Of a stretch of 64,000 nt of DNA, positions 12,901 to 24,220 are shown in pieces (position 1 is the first letter of the stretch; each line of letters opens with the position of its first letter). The translations under genes and the position numbers were made by a program. Origin of the DNA: Heptranchias perlo (lineage: Eukaryota); the NCBI RefSeq assembly GCF_035084215.1, contig NW_027139581.1, forward strand, positions 4,340,001 through 4,404,000, read 5' to 3'. The notes under the pieces are model-generated. The model was not told the DNA's origin, did not search any database, and worked only from the letters and a program-made list of their open reading frames with translations.

Positions 12901-14314
12901 TCCACTCAAATATCCTCTCTGTGCACAGAGCAGGGATTGTTTAACGCCCAGGCGGGACTCTACATCTTGCACAGTATAACGTCGAAATGTGTGATTCAGG
13001 ATAATTCAAGTTTAATTGCAACGACACAAGGATCCGTGTAAAACAGAACAGCGCTTCGTTTAATTATCAGAGACCCTGAATATAAACGGAGCAATTGGAG
13101 AAACGAGCCTTTGGTTCGAACTTCTAACTTCGGCGGGAGCGCAATACAGGGAAAACCAGGCGTTGTTTAATTCGGAGATCCCATCCGCTACCGCCCGTTT
13201 TACGCCCCGCACAAGTTGAATTTTACCTCCAGAGTGCTGATAATAAATTAATGTTGATATTAACGTCATGATAGTTAAGCAAATCTGTTTGAAGTTTAAA
13301 ATTGCTTCTAATTTTGTTCCAGCCTCACGAGCCCTGTAGTTTTTAAAATGTAATTAACTAATGTAACTGAATTTAATGAAGATCATTTTTAACAATTCTG
13401 TTTGACTTCCAGCAGTATCTGCATCGCTGCCTCCAACCTTATAATTTCCCCCACTCTGCCTAGTTTATTTATTGTCTATTTCCAACCTTGTGAAGTCTGA
13501 AAGTTCTTTGATTAAAATATATTGGTGTTAATTTTGACTTGGTGGGACAGTGTAAAAATGGTGATTCACGTCATTAGAAATAAAAGCCGGGAGAGATGTT
13601 AAACGGGCTGTCGACTCCCCAGCACCCGTTTCGCACTGTCGCCAAAGTCAAAATTACCCCCATTCATTTCAAAAATTCTATACCAGTTTATCTCTTTCTG
13701 CCTATGATTTTCTACACTTCTTTAGTAAAGCCTGTCTCACTGCCTAAAAGAGATAATATACAAAGAGCCAGCATTTTTGGACAGTTTACTGACAATAAAA
13801 CTTCCTCCATGGAAGAGTAATTACTTAATAAACCAAGAGGTATTTTAAATTGAAATCTATCCAGGAAAAGGCTCCACATTATTCATTAATTAAATATAAT
13901 ATATAAAATCATTAAGACGAAACCAGGATACAGCAACTAATTAAAATCTGCAGTGAGACCTTATGGAGCTCAATCACAACTGAATAAGAAAGGCGGTGAT
14001 TTGACAAATTAATTGTAACATAACCGATTTATTTTTCTCCCATCTCTGACATTTTCTCCTGACGGTGTTGTGTATGGGACATTTGTGGTAGGCGGTTTGT
14101 GTTTAATTGATTATATTGTAAGTTAACATTGATATTAACTGATGCTGTATTAAATTAAAATAAAATCCAATATTAATTTTAAACCTGCTTCTGTGCATTG
14201 TGGAAATATTAACAACATTTTCGTTACAGATATTCAATATTAACGAATCGAATATTATACTAATAGATGAATACATTAGTTTTATGTAAAAAAAGGCACA
14301 GAAATGAGTGTCAA

Positions 14315-14540
14315 ATTACGCAGCGAGTTGTTATGATTTGGAATGCAGTGAAAGGGCGGTGGAAGCAGATTTAAAAGTAACTTTCAAAAGGGAATTGGAT
14401 AAATACTTGAAGGGGATAAAACAGGACTACGAGGAAAGAGCAGGGGAATGGGACTGATTGGATAGTTCTTTCAAAGAGCTGGCAGAGGCACGATGGGCCG
14501 AATGGCCTCCTCCTGTGCTGTACCTACTCTGATACTATGA
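14315..14540 (+). mobile_element. CR1 3' end in the J-C intron
   Basis: GTGGAAGCAGAT...GGGCCGAATGGCCTCC tail shared with other CR1 copies. Confidence 0.75.
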
Positions 14541-15123
14541 TGCATCTAGCTTCTAATAACTTTATGCTCTGACTCGACACAATTAGAATCTCTTTAGTTT
14601 TCTGAGCTCACTGAAACAATATAGACTGCGAATTTTCACAGTGTCTTTCACATGATGGAGTCAGGAGTGGATTTTTAAGCAGTTTTCCATACGGCCGAGC
14701 GAGTACTCTACACTCATAAAGAATTTCAGTGTATCCTGAAAGGAGCCCGATGTACATGATCTCGGACCGAGCCCACAGCATTTGGGACAACATTATAACC
14801 GAGAACTGCATTAGCCAGATGTTATCAAATTAAACATTGCAGAAACAAAAATAAACACAGTTCAGCATCAGGTTTCGAGTTTCAAATAACCCATACGAGC
14901 AGATAAACACGATCCCACAATAATCAAGGAGAAATGCACAAGTAAAACAGCTGCTTTGATCTAAAAAACTCAGATGCACAATCAAAAGTTACACAACAAT
15001 AAATCTAAGGAAACAGTGCCAACTTCACAGGATTGTGGAAATAATTAACTCTTAAAACCAAACGAAATATAAGATTAAACATACAAATTAAACACTGCTA
15101 CTAAATTAGTGCATGTTTCTTAC

Positions 15124-15171
15124 CTGCAGTCACCGTCACCATGGTCCCTTGTCCCCAGTAGTCCAAGTAAT
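15124..15171 (-). CDS. IGHJ: IgH joining segment (YLDYWGQGTMVTVTA)
   Basis: WGQG motif and phase-1 donor G|GTAAGA at 15123. Confidence 0.96.
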
Positions 15172-15210
15172 CACTGTGTTACATTCCTTCACCTGGGTCA
15201 CACAAAAAGG
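15172..15210 (+). other. J 23-RSS: CACTGTG, 23-bp spacer, ACAAAAAGG
   Basis: Heptamer 15172-15178, spacer 15179-15201, nonamer 15202-15210. Confidence 0.92.
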
Positions 15211-15558
15211 GGCTCTGCATACGGTATAGAAAACAGTCTACATTATTTTAAGTTTTTACATTCCAGAGGCAAGGTAATGTTACGATAGATTTATGTGATA
15301 TTAAAAATCATTATATATGGTAACAAATGGTTCCATTTGATTGTTTATAAATTACTTTGAAGTTTGCTATGTCATACATGAGTTGATGAACATTTTTCCA
15401 AATCGCCAACAATTTCGTGAATAATTGTTATAGTTGATCTGCCTAATCCTCGCCAGGACTGCAGTGCGAGATAACAATACATGAATATTACTTTAATACA
15501 TTCCCATTTGTATTCCAGCCGGAGCACTGCCCCAGTTTCACCACATGAGTGTTGAAAG

Positions 15559-15627
15559 GGTTTTTTTATTGACAATTAATGCTGTGCCACCCAGGTATAC
15601 ACCATGATACACACCGTGTCAAATACT
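15559..15627 (-). other. DH2 segment (TATACCTGGGTGG, 15599-15587) flanked by two 12-RSS
   Basis: 5' RSS: CACCATG (15600-15606), 12 bp, TCAAATACT (15619-15627). 3' RSS: CACAGCA (15586-15580), 12 bp, AAAAAAACC (15567-15559). Confidence 0.88.
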
Positions 15628-15944
15628 TCTGCTAACATATAGCTTTGGTATGTAGATCTAAATTCCAAACAGCTTACAAAAAACTCGACACAGATTCACC
15701 AGTGGATGCATTAATGTGATGCTTGTATCAGTATAACCTGTTATATGTTTATAAAAAGCCACGTTTCACTGTTAAGACACACAACCAGTCTTTGCATGGA
15801 ATTTAAATTCGTCAGTTCAATTTACCCTTTATATCTGGTTTTATAAACTTGGAGATATTTCTGACAGTGATATATATGGAATGACACTAATGTTGCTGTT
15901 TGTGATGATTTTGTGATCACAGATTTCAGCAGGATCCCGCTGAG

Positions 15945-16025
15945 TGTTACTGTATGACGAGATGTCGATATGAAGCACAGTGGATCCACTGTATTATCAC
16001 AATGACACACGCCAGCACAAATACT
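15945..16025 (-). other. DH1 segment (ATAATACAGTGGATC, 15997-15983) flanked by a 5' 12-RSS and a 3' 22-RSS
   Basis: 5' RSS on the + strand: CACAATG (15998-16004), 12 bp, ACAAATACT (16017-16025). 3' RSS on the - strand: CACTGTG (15982-15976), 22 bp, ACAGTAACA (15953-15945). A 12/22 D1 is the classic shark IgH cluster layout. Confidence 0.9.
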
Positions 16026-16402
16026 GCACTCGCTCTCTGTTCAGCACTGTCTGTCAAAATTCACTTTCAATAAACCCTTATTGGGACTGCAACCTGACTA
16101 GAAATTCACTCAGGGTGACAGAAAGAGAACACATCTGTGCACATCAGCGACCAGTGGTGGAATATATTGAAACAAGTATTAACTTCAAATTTCCATTCCT
16201 CACACATAGAAGTGCTGGACATACAGCAGAGTCCCTTCTTCTCATTATTGCAACAATAGTTCATATTTTATATCAGTTAACTGTCCTTAAACAAGGTGCT
16301 TTGGTAAGAAATACCGTCTATTTGAAAGTACTACTATTAACATTGCACTTTATTTAATTACTAACCGTCAGGTTATAGTTGGAACGGTTGGATTTCTCCT
16401 CC

Positions 16403-16441
16403 TGTTTTTGTACAGGTCCAGCCCCGGACTCCCTCCCCGTG
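16403..16441 (-). other. V 23-RSS: heptamer CACGGGG, 23-bp spacer, nonamer ACAAAAACA
   Basis: Counted from sequence: heptamer 16441-16435, spacer 16434-16412, nonamer 16411-16403. Confidence 0.93.
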
Positions 16442-16744
16442 GGTCTCTTGCACAGTAATACATGGCGGTGTCTTCGGTCTTCAAATTAGTCATTTTCAGA
16501 TAAAAGGTCGTGCTGTCTTTGGAAGGGGTGAATCGATCTTGAACTCCGGGTGCGTAATAATTCGTGGATGTGGACCTAAGATAGGTCAGTAACCACTCCA
16601 GCCCTTTCCCTGGAACTTGCTTAACCCAAGCCATGTAATAGCTGTCGATATCGAACCCAGTCACCGAACAGGACAGTGTCTGAGTCTCCGTGGGCTTTGC
16701 GGTAACGGAATCCGATTGAGTCAGCACGATGTTGCATTGGACAT
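16442..16744 (-). CDS. IGHV: Germline IgH variable segment, intact, IgW-like features
   Basis: Polypyrimidine tract and AG acceptor, then NIVLTQ...LSC...[12 protein letters not shown]...[10 protein letters not shown] with both canonical Cys and the Trp. Followed directly by a 23-RSS. Confidence 0.96.
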
Positions 16745-17034
16745 CTGAGAGTGGGGGGGAAAAGATCGGATGTCACTTAAAACAGGCAAAATTAAAGATA
16801 GTCATAAAAGTAAAACAGAATATTTAAAAACGATAGCTTGGTTAATCATCCCTCTTCTCGTTCTTTTTTATACAATATCTTGAACGAATTATTGAAGGTT
16901 TAATTTTGTTGTCATGCTGGAGAACTGATAAATCGGTTCTTTCCTGGCGTATTTGCAATTTCGCGAAGATAATCTTCACATTGTAATCAGAGGAATTTCC
17001 CCCACCCTGAGCTGAAAAGGGAAAGAATACTCAC

Positions 17035-17080
17035 AGGTAAAGTAAGACAGAAGTAAACAGAGGTAGAAGCCAAGCGCCAT
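17035..17080 (-). CDS. IGHV: IgH V leader exon (MALGFYLCLLLSYFT, phase-1 donor GTGAGT)
   Basis: ATG at 17080-17078, hydrophobic 46-nt exon, GT donor at 17034-17033. It splices in frame to the acceptor before 16744 to give ...[12 protein letters not shown]. Confidence 0.9.
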
Positions 17081-17154
17081 CGTTTGCTTTCTTGATCAAA
17101 CTCTCTGCTCCCCAGAACAGCCTCCTGATTGCTGACCTGAAGCCGAGCGCTCCA

Positions 17155-17164
17155 CTATTTAAAC
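17155..17164 (-). promoter_or_regulatory. TATA/MEF2-like box (GTTTAAATAG) of the VH promoter
   Basis: About 75 bp upstream of the leader ATG. No perfect octamer seen nearby, which fits the octamer-less shark IgH promoters. Confidence 0.55.
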
Positions 17165-18041
17165 TGCCTGCAGCTCCGTGAGCTAAAGTCCGGGGCTGGA
17201 AATCATCCGCCTCCTTCAGCAGTAGTTTGGCTCCTCCTCTCTTTTCCTTTCTCAGCTCAACGATCTGATTTTCGATCACAAAAAATTAGCACCAATAATC
17301 CATTTTCTGTGCTCACCTCTCAAAATTACCTTTGCTTTGTATTGGCTAATTATCGATCTACATAATACAGTCAATCCAAAACAAATTTAGTTTAAAAGAC
17401 AGTACAAGGAGTCTGATTCTCCCCACATTTTTATTCCCTATACATTTGGTGTCAGTGAATAGAATGCAAAAGGAGAGAGGAAGTGATTATTATTGTCCCA
17501 ATTCTATTGGACGTTTAACAAACTTTGGGAAACCATTGCCTTTATTTTCGGGTATCAGATATCGTTTCTGTGCAGTTCTTTACTAAATGTGAGCTCTCCC
17601 CATCATTCGGGCCACTGAGACTAACTTTACTATCGGTAGTGGGGTAAAATTACTGATATTGAACGATTGTAAATTGTTAAGCAATCCACCTGTCTGTGCA
17701 GGGGTCTTCACAGTTTCTCCAAAACTGTCACCCTCAGAATTAAATTCTCAAACGCCTTGCTTTCTAATGAGAATTACCATATTGCACATTGTAAATGTCC
17801 TGAATACTACAAAATTAAAGACTGTTGAAAAGTGTGAAACAAAAAAAAATAAACGTACACATTGTTTTATTAATGTTAGTTCGTTTTTTAAATTATTACA
17901 AGGAAAGTGAGATTATTATTTCACATGTTCTAGTTAAAGGTCTGATCTTTGATCCATTGTTGGATTAATCAGAGATGCAGCTGTTTTGGTTCCAGTGAAC
18001 GTGACTCCCAGCGCTGGGGAGAATTCGTGTTGTGGGCAACA

Positions 18042-18182
18042 NNNNNNNNNNNNNNNNNNNNNNNNNNNNNNNNNNNNNNNNNNNNNNNNNNNNNNNNNNN
18101 NNNNNNNNNNNNNNNNNNNNNNNNNNNNNNNNNNNNNNNNNNNNNNNNNNNNNNNNNNNNNNNNNNNNNNNNNNNNNNNNNN
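18042..18182. other. Assembly gap
   Basis: Run of N. Confidence 1.
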
Positions 18183-19404
18183 GAAACTGTACATGTAAAT
18201 TAATTTCAAAATTTACAGCGCCTCTGCTCACTTTTGATTCCAATTAGAAATCTCCGGAACTGAATAATTAAGGACAGATTCTGCGCGCTGTGCAATTTAA
18301 TTACACACAGTCAATGGATGTATAGAAACGTATTCTGTGTATATATTAAATATATGATATTATATATGGTACGTTCCCTGGAGATATATATATATACACA
18401 TATATTTCATGTTTTAAATTTAACGTGAATGCAGTGTTGGAATTACAGTCAGACCAGATCTGTTTGTAACTATATTTCCCAGTCTCAGTGTTCGTTGCTG
18501 TTGTTCGCTTTGATTATAAACGAACAGCTTTCAGTATTCCCGAGTCCTGTAAAGAAAGAATCATTTAATAAAATGCTTGTATTTTATCGGTTATTCTGTT
18601 CCTCATATCAATAACCGCCTGTATATTTTTGCGGAAGTAACACATATTCCCCAGCCTACTGCCGGATTATAGTAGGTTATGGAAAATATCAAGGCGAGAA
18701 TGGTCTGTACTCGGAATTGAAAATTATTTAAATAATATCTCAAGGCTCTCACATTCTATAATCGCATTTTATGATATTGTGCAGGGGGGGTTTGCAGACA
18801 ATTGGTCTCCAGATGTTATCGCATGTAAAAGACGTGCTTTTGCTGAGTAGTTAAACCTCGTTTTGTTTAAACCCACACTCAAGCCATATCTGTAAAACAT
18901 TCTTTGGCGGGCAGTCCGTCTTACTGTTGTCAGGAAATGGCGAAAACTCACAATGTAATTTACAAGAAGCATCTGCGGGTTCTGTGGAGTAAATCAATGA
19001 GCTGTTTCCTGACAACTGACCGCAGAGCTGAAAGCCGAGTTCAACCTCCATTCATTGTGAGTAAAGCCTGAAGGTACACAGATCTACCCAGCAACAAATG
19101 ATACTAACGTTACAACGAACCCCATTGGTTGTATTAAGTTGTATTGAGCTGCCTTAATTCTTTGCCGACCTGTTTTATAAGCATATCATGTACTTCTTCC
19201 ATTGCTCTCCGTCTCAAATATCCCATCCAATTCATCACAATCTATCTCCTTCAATTACAATATAAAATTCTGTCATATCTGCTCTAAGCCTGAGTTCACG
19301 AATGAAAATAGGTCCAACTCCTTCAGCCGAGCCTGATACCTAAATACCCTGAGACTGGGTGCCATTTTACTTGCCCTGGTCTGCACCTCCTTCGGGCCAT
19401 GATG

Positions 19405-20970
19405 GTCCCCTCTATATCCATCTCTATATTCCATCGATATTTCCCCTCTTCATTCCTCTCTATACTCCACTTTATATTCTCCTCTATATCCCTCTCTAAA
19501 TACCCCGCCATTTCCCCTCTATATAATCCCCTAAATTCCTCCCTTTATTCCCCTCTATAATCCCTTCTATGTTCCCTCTCTTTCCCCCTCTATATTCCTC
19601 TCTATATCCCAGTTTATATGCCCCTCTATATAACCCTCTATGGTCTCCTCTATAGTCCCATCTTTATTCCCCCTCAATATTTCCTCTACATTCCACTCTA
19701 CATTCCTCTCAATATTCCCTCTCTGTATCCCCCTCTATATTCCACTCTACATTCCTCTCTATATCCCCCTCTATATTTCCCTTTATATCCACCTCTATAT
19801 TCTCTTCTATATTCCCATCTATATGCCCCTTTATATTCCCCTCTATATCCCCCTCTATATCCCCCTTTATATCCCCCTCTATATTCCCCCTATATACTCT
19901 CCTCTCTATCCCCCTCTAGATTCCCTTCTATACCTCACTCTATTCCCTCTCCATATCCCCCTATATCCCCTCTATAAGCCCCTATATATCCCCTTCTATA
20001 ATCTCCACAATTTTCCCACTGTGTCCCCCTATATTTCCCCATCTATATCGCCCTCTATATCCCCTCTGCATTGCCCCTCTATAATCCCCCTATATTCCCC
20101 CTCTATATTTCCCTCTACATCACCCTCTATATCCCCCTCTTTTCCCCCCACTATATCCCCTCTATATTCCTCTCTATATTCCACCTCTATATCCCCCTCT
20201 ATATTCCCATCTATATTCCCCTCTATAATTCCCCTCTAAATTCCCCTCTATATTCCAGTCTATATTCCCTTGTATATCCCCTCTATATTCCTCTCTGTAT
20301 TCAACCTCTATAATCCCCCCGTATACCCTCTATATTCCTTTCTATATTCCAGTTTATATCGCCCTCCATATTCCCCCCTATATTCCCTCTAAATACCCCT
20401 CTATATTCCCCCCTATATTCCCTTTATATCCCCCTCTATATTCCCTCTATATTCCTCTTTATATGCTCTCTATATTCCTCTCAATATTCCCTTAATATCG
20501 CCATCCACACTCCCTCTATTTCTCCCTCTATATCCCCCTCTATACCATCCGCTATATCCCCTCTACATTGTCCCTCTATAATCCGCTCTATATTCCCTTC
20601 TACATTCCCTTCGATATCCCCCTCTGTAATCCCCTCGATAATCCCTTCTACATTCCCCTCCATATCACTCTCTATATCCCCCTCCATAATCCCCTCTATG
20701 TCACATCAATATCCCCCTTTATAATACCCTCTATATCCCCCTCCATATCCACCTCTATATTCCCTTCTACATTCCCCTCCATATCACTCTCTATATCCCC
20801 TTTATAATCCCCTCTATATCACCTCTATATCCCCCTCTATAAGCCCCTCTGTATCCCCTCCATAATCCCCTCTATATTCTCCTCTGTATTCCATTCTACA
20901 TTCCCCTCTATATTCCTCTATATAACCCCCTCTATATTCTCTTCTATATCCCCCTCTATATTCCGCTCCA
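19405..20970. repeat. Degenerate 12-bp pyrimidine-rich minisatellite (TATATCCCCCTC)n
   Basis: Direct inspection. It explains the spurious YIPL/YPPL ORFs. Confidence 0.95.
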
Positions 20971-21299
20971 CCATATATGGGCACCAGTATGAATGCAATG
21001 CTCCAAGTGTGACTCTGTCAAGACCTGTAGAAAATTAGGAAGTGTATTGAGTGAATCATTAATGGAAGACTATTTCCTCTATTTGGGGAGTCAGTGATGA
21101 GGGGTCATCAATTTAAATTGTCTATCAGAGAATGAGGAAGTGACTTGACGGTCTGGAGGTCGGAAGAGAAATAATTGGTAAAGATACTCTGGTTACAATC
21201 AGGTACGCAAGGTTGACCGAAGCAAGGTGAGTCCCGCCAAGCTGGACAACAGAGGAAAGGCTTTAAAGGATGATGGTGTGATTAAGGCATGTGGAACAT

Positions 21300-21785
21300 A
21301 GTCACTGCACTCAGTCACACCTTCATCTTTCTCCCTCTGTTGGTGTCTCTCTGTAACGTTCACTGCACTCAGTCACACCTTCATCATTCTCCCTCTGTTG
21401 GTGTCTCTCTGTAACGGACACTGCACTCAGGCACACCTTTATCTATCACTCTTTATCACTCACAATAACCAGTCGAACTTTTATCTATCTCCCTCTGTTG
21501 GTGTCTCTGTCAATCACTGCACTCAGTCACACCTTTATCTATTTACATCTGTTGATGTGTCTCTGTATCACTGTACTCAGTCACAGCTTTATCTATCTCG
21601 CTCTGTTGGTGTCTCTCTGTATCGTTCACTGCACTCAGTCACACCTTTATCTATCTGCCTCTGTTGCTGTATCTCTGTATCACTGTACGCAGTCACACCT
21701 TTATCTATTTACATCTGTTGATGTGTCTCTGTATCACTATACCCAATCACAGCTTTAGCTAGCTCCCTCTATTGGTGTCTCTCCA
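21300..21785. repeat. 55-59-bp tandem repeat (CACTGCACTCAGTCACACCTTTATCT...), about 8 copies
   Basis: Direct inspection. Confidence 0.9.
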
Positions 21786-22340
21786 CCCCGCTCCGCCATT
21801 CATTTAGATCATGACTGATCTGGATCTTAACTCCATTTACCCACCTTGGTCCCATATTATTTAACACCCTTACCGAGCAAAAATCTATCAATATCAGTTT
21901 TTCGATTTTCAATTGACCTTGCATGAACAGCTTTTTGGTGGAGTCAGGTCCAGATTTCCACTGCCCATTCTGTGAAGAAGTGTTTCCTGACATCACCCCT
22001 GAACGGCCGAGCTCTAATTTCAAGGTTATGCCCCCTTGTTCTGGACTCCCCCACAAGAGCAAATAGTTTCTCTCTATCTACCCAATCAAATCCTTCAATC
22101 GTTGTAAGCACCTCAATTAAATAACCCTTTAATCTTCCTATACTCGAGGGAACACCAGACAAGTCAATGCAATCTGTTCTCAGAATTTAACCCTTTTAGC
22201 CCAATTATCATTCTGGTGAATCTGTGCTGCACCCCTTCCAAGGTCAATATATCATTCCTGAGGTGCGGTGCCCAGAACTGAACGCAGTTTACGAATTGGG
22301 TTCCAACCAGAGATTTATACAACTGGAGCATAACTCCTAT
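21785..22340 (-). mobile_element. CR1 3' fragment
   Basis: EKLFALVGESRTRGHNLEIRARPFRGDVRKHFF. Confidence 0.85.
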
Positions 22341-24039
22341 AACATAACATATTTACCATAGTTCTGCCTATGGTATTATTTCTTACGTCTTTCTTTAATC
22401 CCTGGGCTGCTTCCTGCTGTCCGCCACTTTCTTCACCCTGACAAACTTCCCATTAAGTTACCGAATGAAAGTAATTTATGAAGATCGCAAACAGGAAGGC
22501 CGCCAGTTCTAATCCCTTCGGCACTCTACTGAGTTCACATGTCCAGCCGGATATCCGTTCAGTGAGGCCACCAGTGCTAATTCCTGAGGCGCTCTGTTGA
22601 GTTCACATGTCCAGCCGGATATCCGTTCAGTAAGCCGGACCCGTTCCCTGCTCCCTTTCAACCAAACCCGAATCGCCTACAAATGTTACCCGCAATGCAC
22701 ATGGCCTGCGGTCTGTGTAATAGTCTTTCACATGGAAATCTTTCAGTAAATCTGGGAAGTCTTTGCTCAGAGACGTGTCAACCTATTAACGGCCTGTGAA
22801 TGGGTGTGTGAGAGAGAGTTGAAGAACAAAGAGAGACTGAGCGGTGCACACGCACCTGGTGAATCATTGACTAGAGGTGGATGAAAGGTATTGTGTATTA
22901 TATTGACTAAACACTGGGATCAGTAAGATGGGCTGAAATTACCGTTTCTGACTGTAAAACCTGTATTCCTATGCACCTATAACAGAGCATACGAATTTCC
23001 AATGTCCACTTGGAATGTCACATCCTGAAAAAAGTCAAGAGGTTTGACAAGACAGGATCTGTCCCTCTCGAAATTCCTGGACTGACACTTCCTGGTGAAT
23101 TTCGGTATAACCTCTTCTCAATGTTGTTCTTTCTGGTCCCTTTCAATGATTCTGCTGCACTGCTGTAAAATTAGTTTGCCGAAAGCTAACAATTTGTTTT
23201 GTCACCTTCCTTGAAATAGGTCCGACATTGGCGAGTTCTCGTTGCAGTGGAACCTCTCCCGCATTTATTCACTCATTGATTATTACTGTCAACCATTGAT
23301 AGATCTTGGCCCAGGAGTAATGGTATTGTGAAGTTGGACCGTATCTCCGACGTTGCGGGATTTCTGCCAACTCCAAAGAGGTGACTCTTACCGCTGCCGA
23401 TTTTCCGCCTCTCGAGATCATTTACAGAATTGTTGGCAGCTCTTTAACCTTTATTGTTGAGGGGGATATAGAGGGAGGGAACACTGGCGGTTTGACCTTG
23501 GCCCCGCTCAAGCTTTGGGGCCTGAAGTTACAACATTTGTCCCTGCGGACTTATCTGTTTTGAACCTATAAAGAAGGTCCATGAAAGTTCGATCAAAGTC
23601 ATTGAGTTGCAGAATATATTTTTATGAGTTCGCTGCTACTAGTAGTTTTTTAGTGATTTTGTTTTCCAATAAATAATGATGACGAACTATTCCCTTTGAA
23701 ATTGAGCTGCATTTCCATTAATGTCCCGGGCACGCATGCGCACGCACACAGGGCCAACAAAGAGCTGACTCTCAGCGACACCGATGCGACCTTGAGAACG
23801 TCCATTAGGTGCCGCGCCAGACCAAACCAAGTGATTTTCTCCCGCTGCAGCTCTCAATTCGCCGGACAGCAGGGCAGCTGAAATGTGAAACAGGAGGGAA
23901 GGGAATCTCCATCCCTCAGACACGCTTCTCTTTGTTTCAATCAGTTTGAACATATCCCAAAGATATTACTGAGATTGCGGCATGTGCTTCACGTTGATCA
24001 ATTTTGGTCAAGCTATTTTCTTCATAACAGTGCACCCTG

Positions 24040-24220
24040 CAATATCTATCAATCTGTGTATCTGTGTAATATATCCTTCACATAGACACAGACACATGTA
24101 ATATATAGATAGATAGGTGGATAGATGGATAGATAGATAGATAGATAGGTACATAGATTGATAGATGGATAGATTGACAGATGGACGGATACCAATATAA
24201 ATATAGATATATATATTTGC
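24040..24220. repeat. (GATA/GATG)n microsatellite
   Basis: Direct inspection. Confidence 0.9.

Noticed and set aside
8013-15123. Class-switch (S) region in the J-C intron
   Set aside because: No long G-rich or AGCT-rich tandem array. The intron is LINE debris and AT-rich DNA.
15612-15618. Heptamer-like CACGGTG in the D2 5' spacer
   Set aside because: No nonamer at 12 or 23 bp. The D2 3' nonamer is 44 bp away.
15211-15944. A third D segment or second J
   Set aside because: No further heptamer-spacer-nonamer pair or WGXG motif was seen apart from D2.
17081-17500. Canonical Ig octamer in the VH promoter
   Set aside because: Only one-mismatch versions at atypical positions were found (near 17464, and near 16951 in the leader intron).
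19618-20807. YIPL/YPPL ORFs
   Set aside because: Artefacts of the 12-bp repeat.
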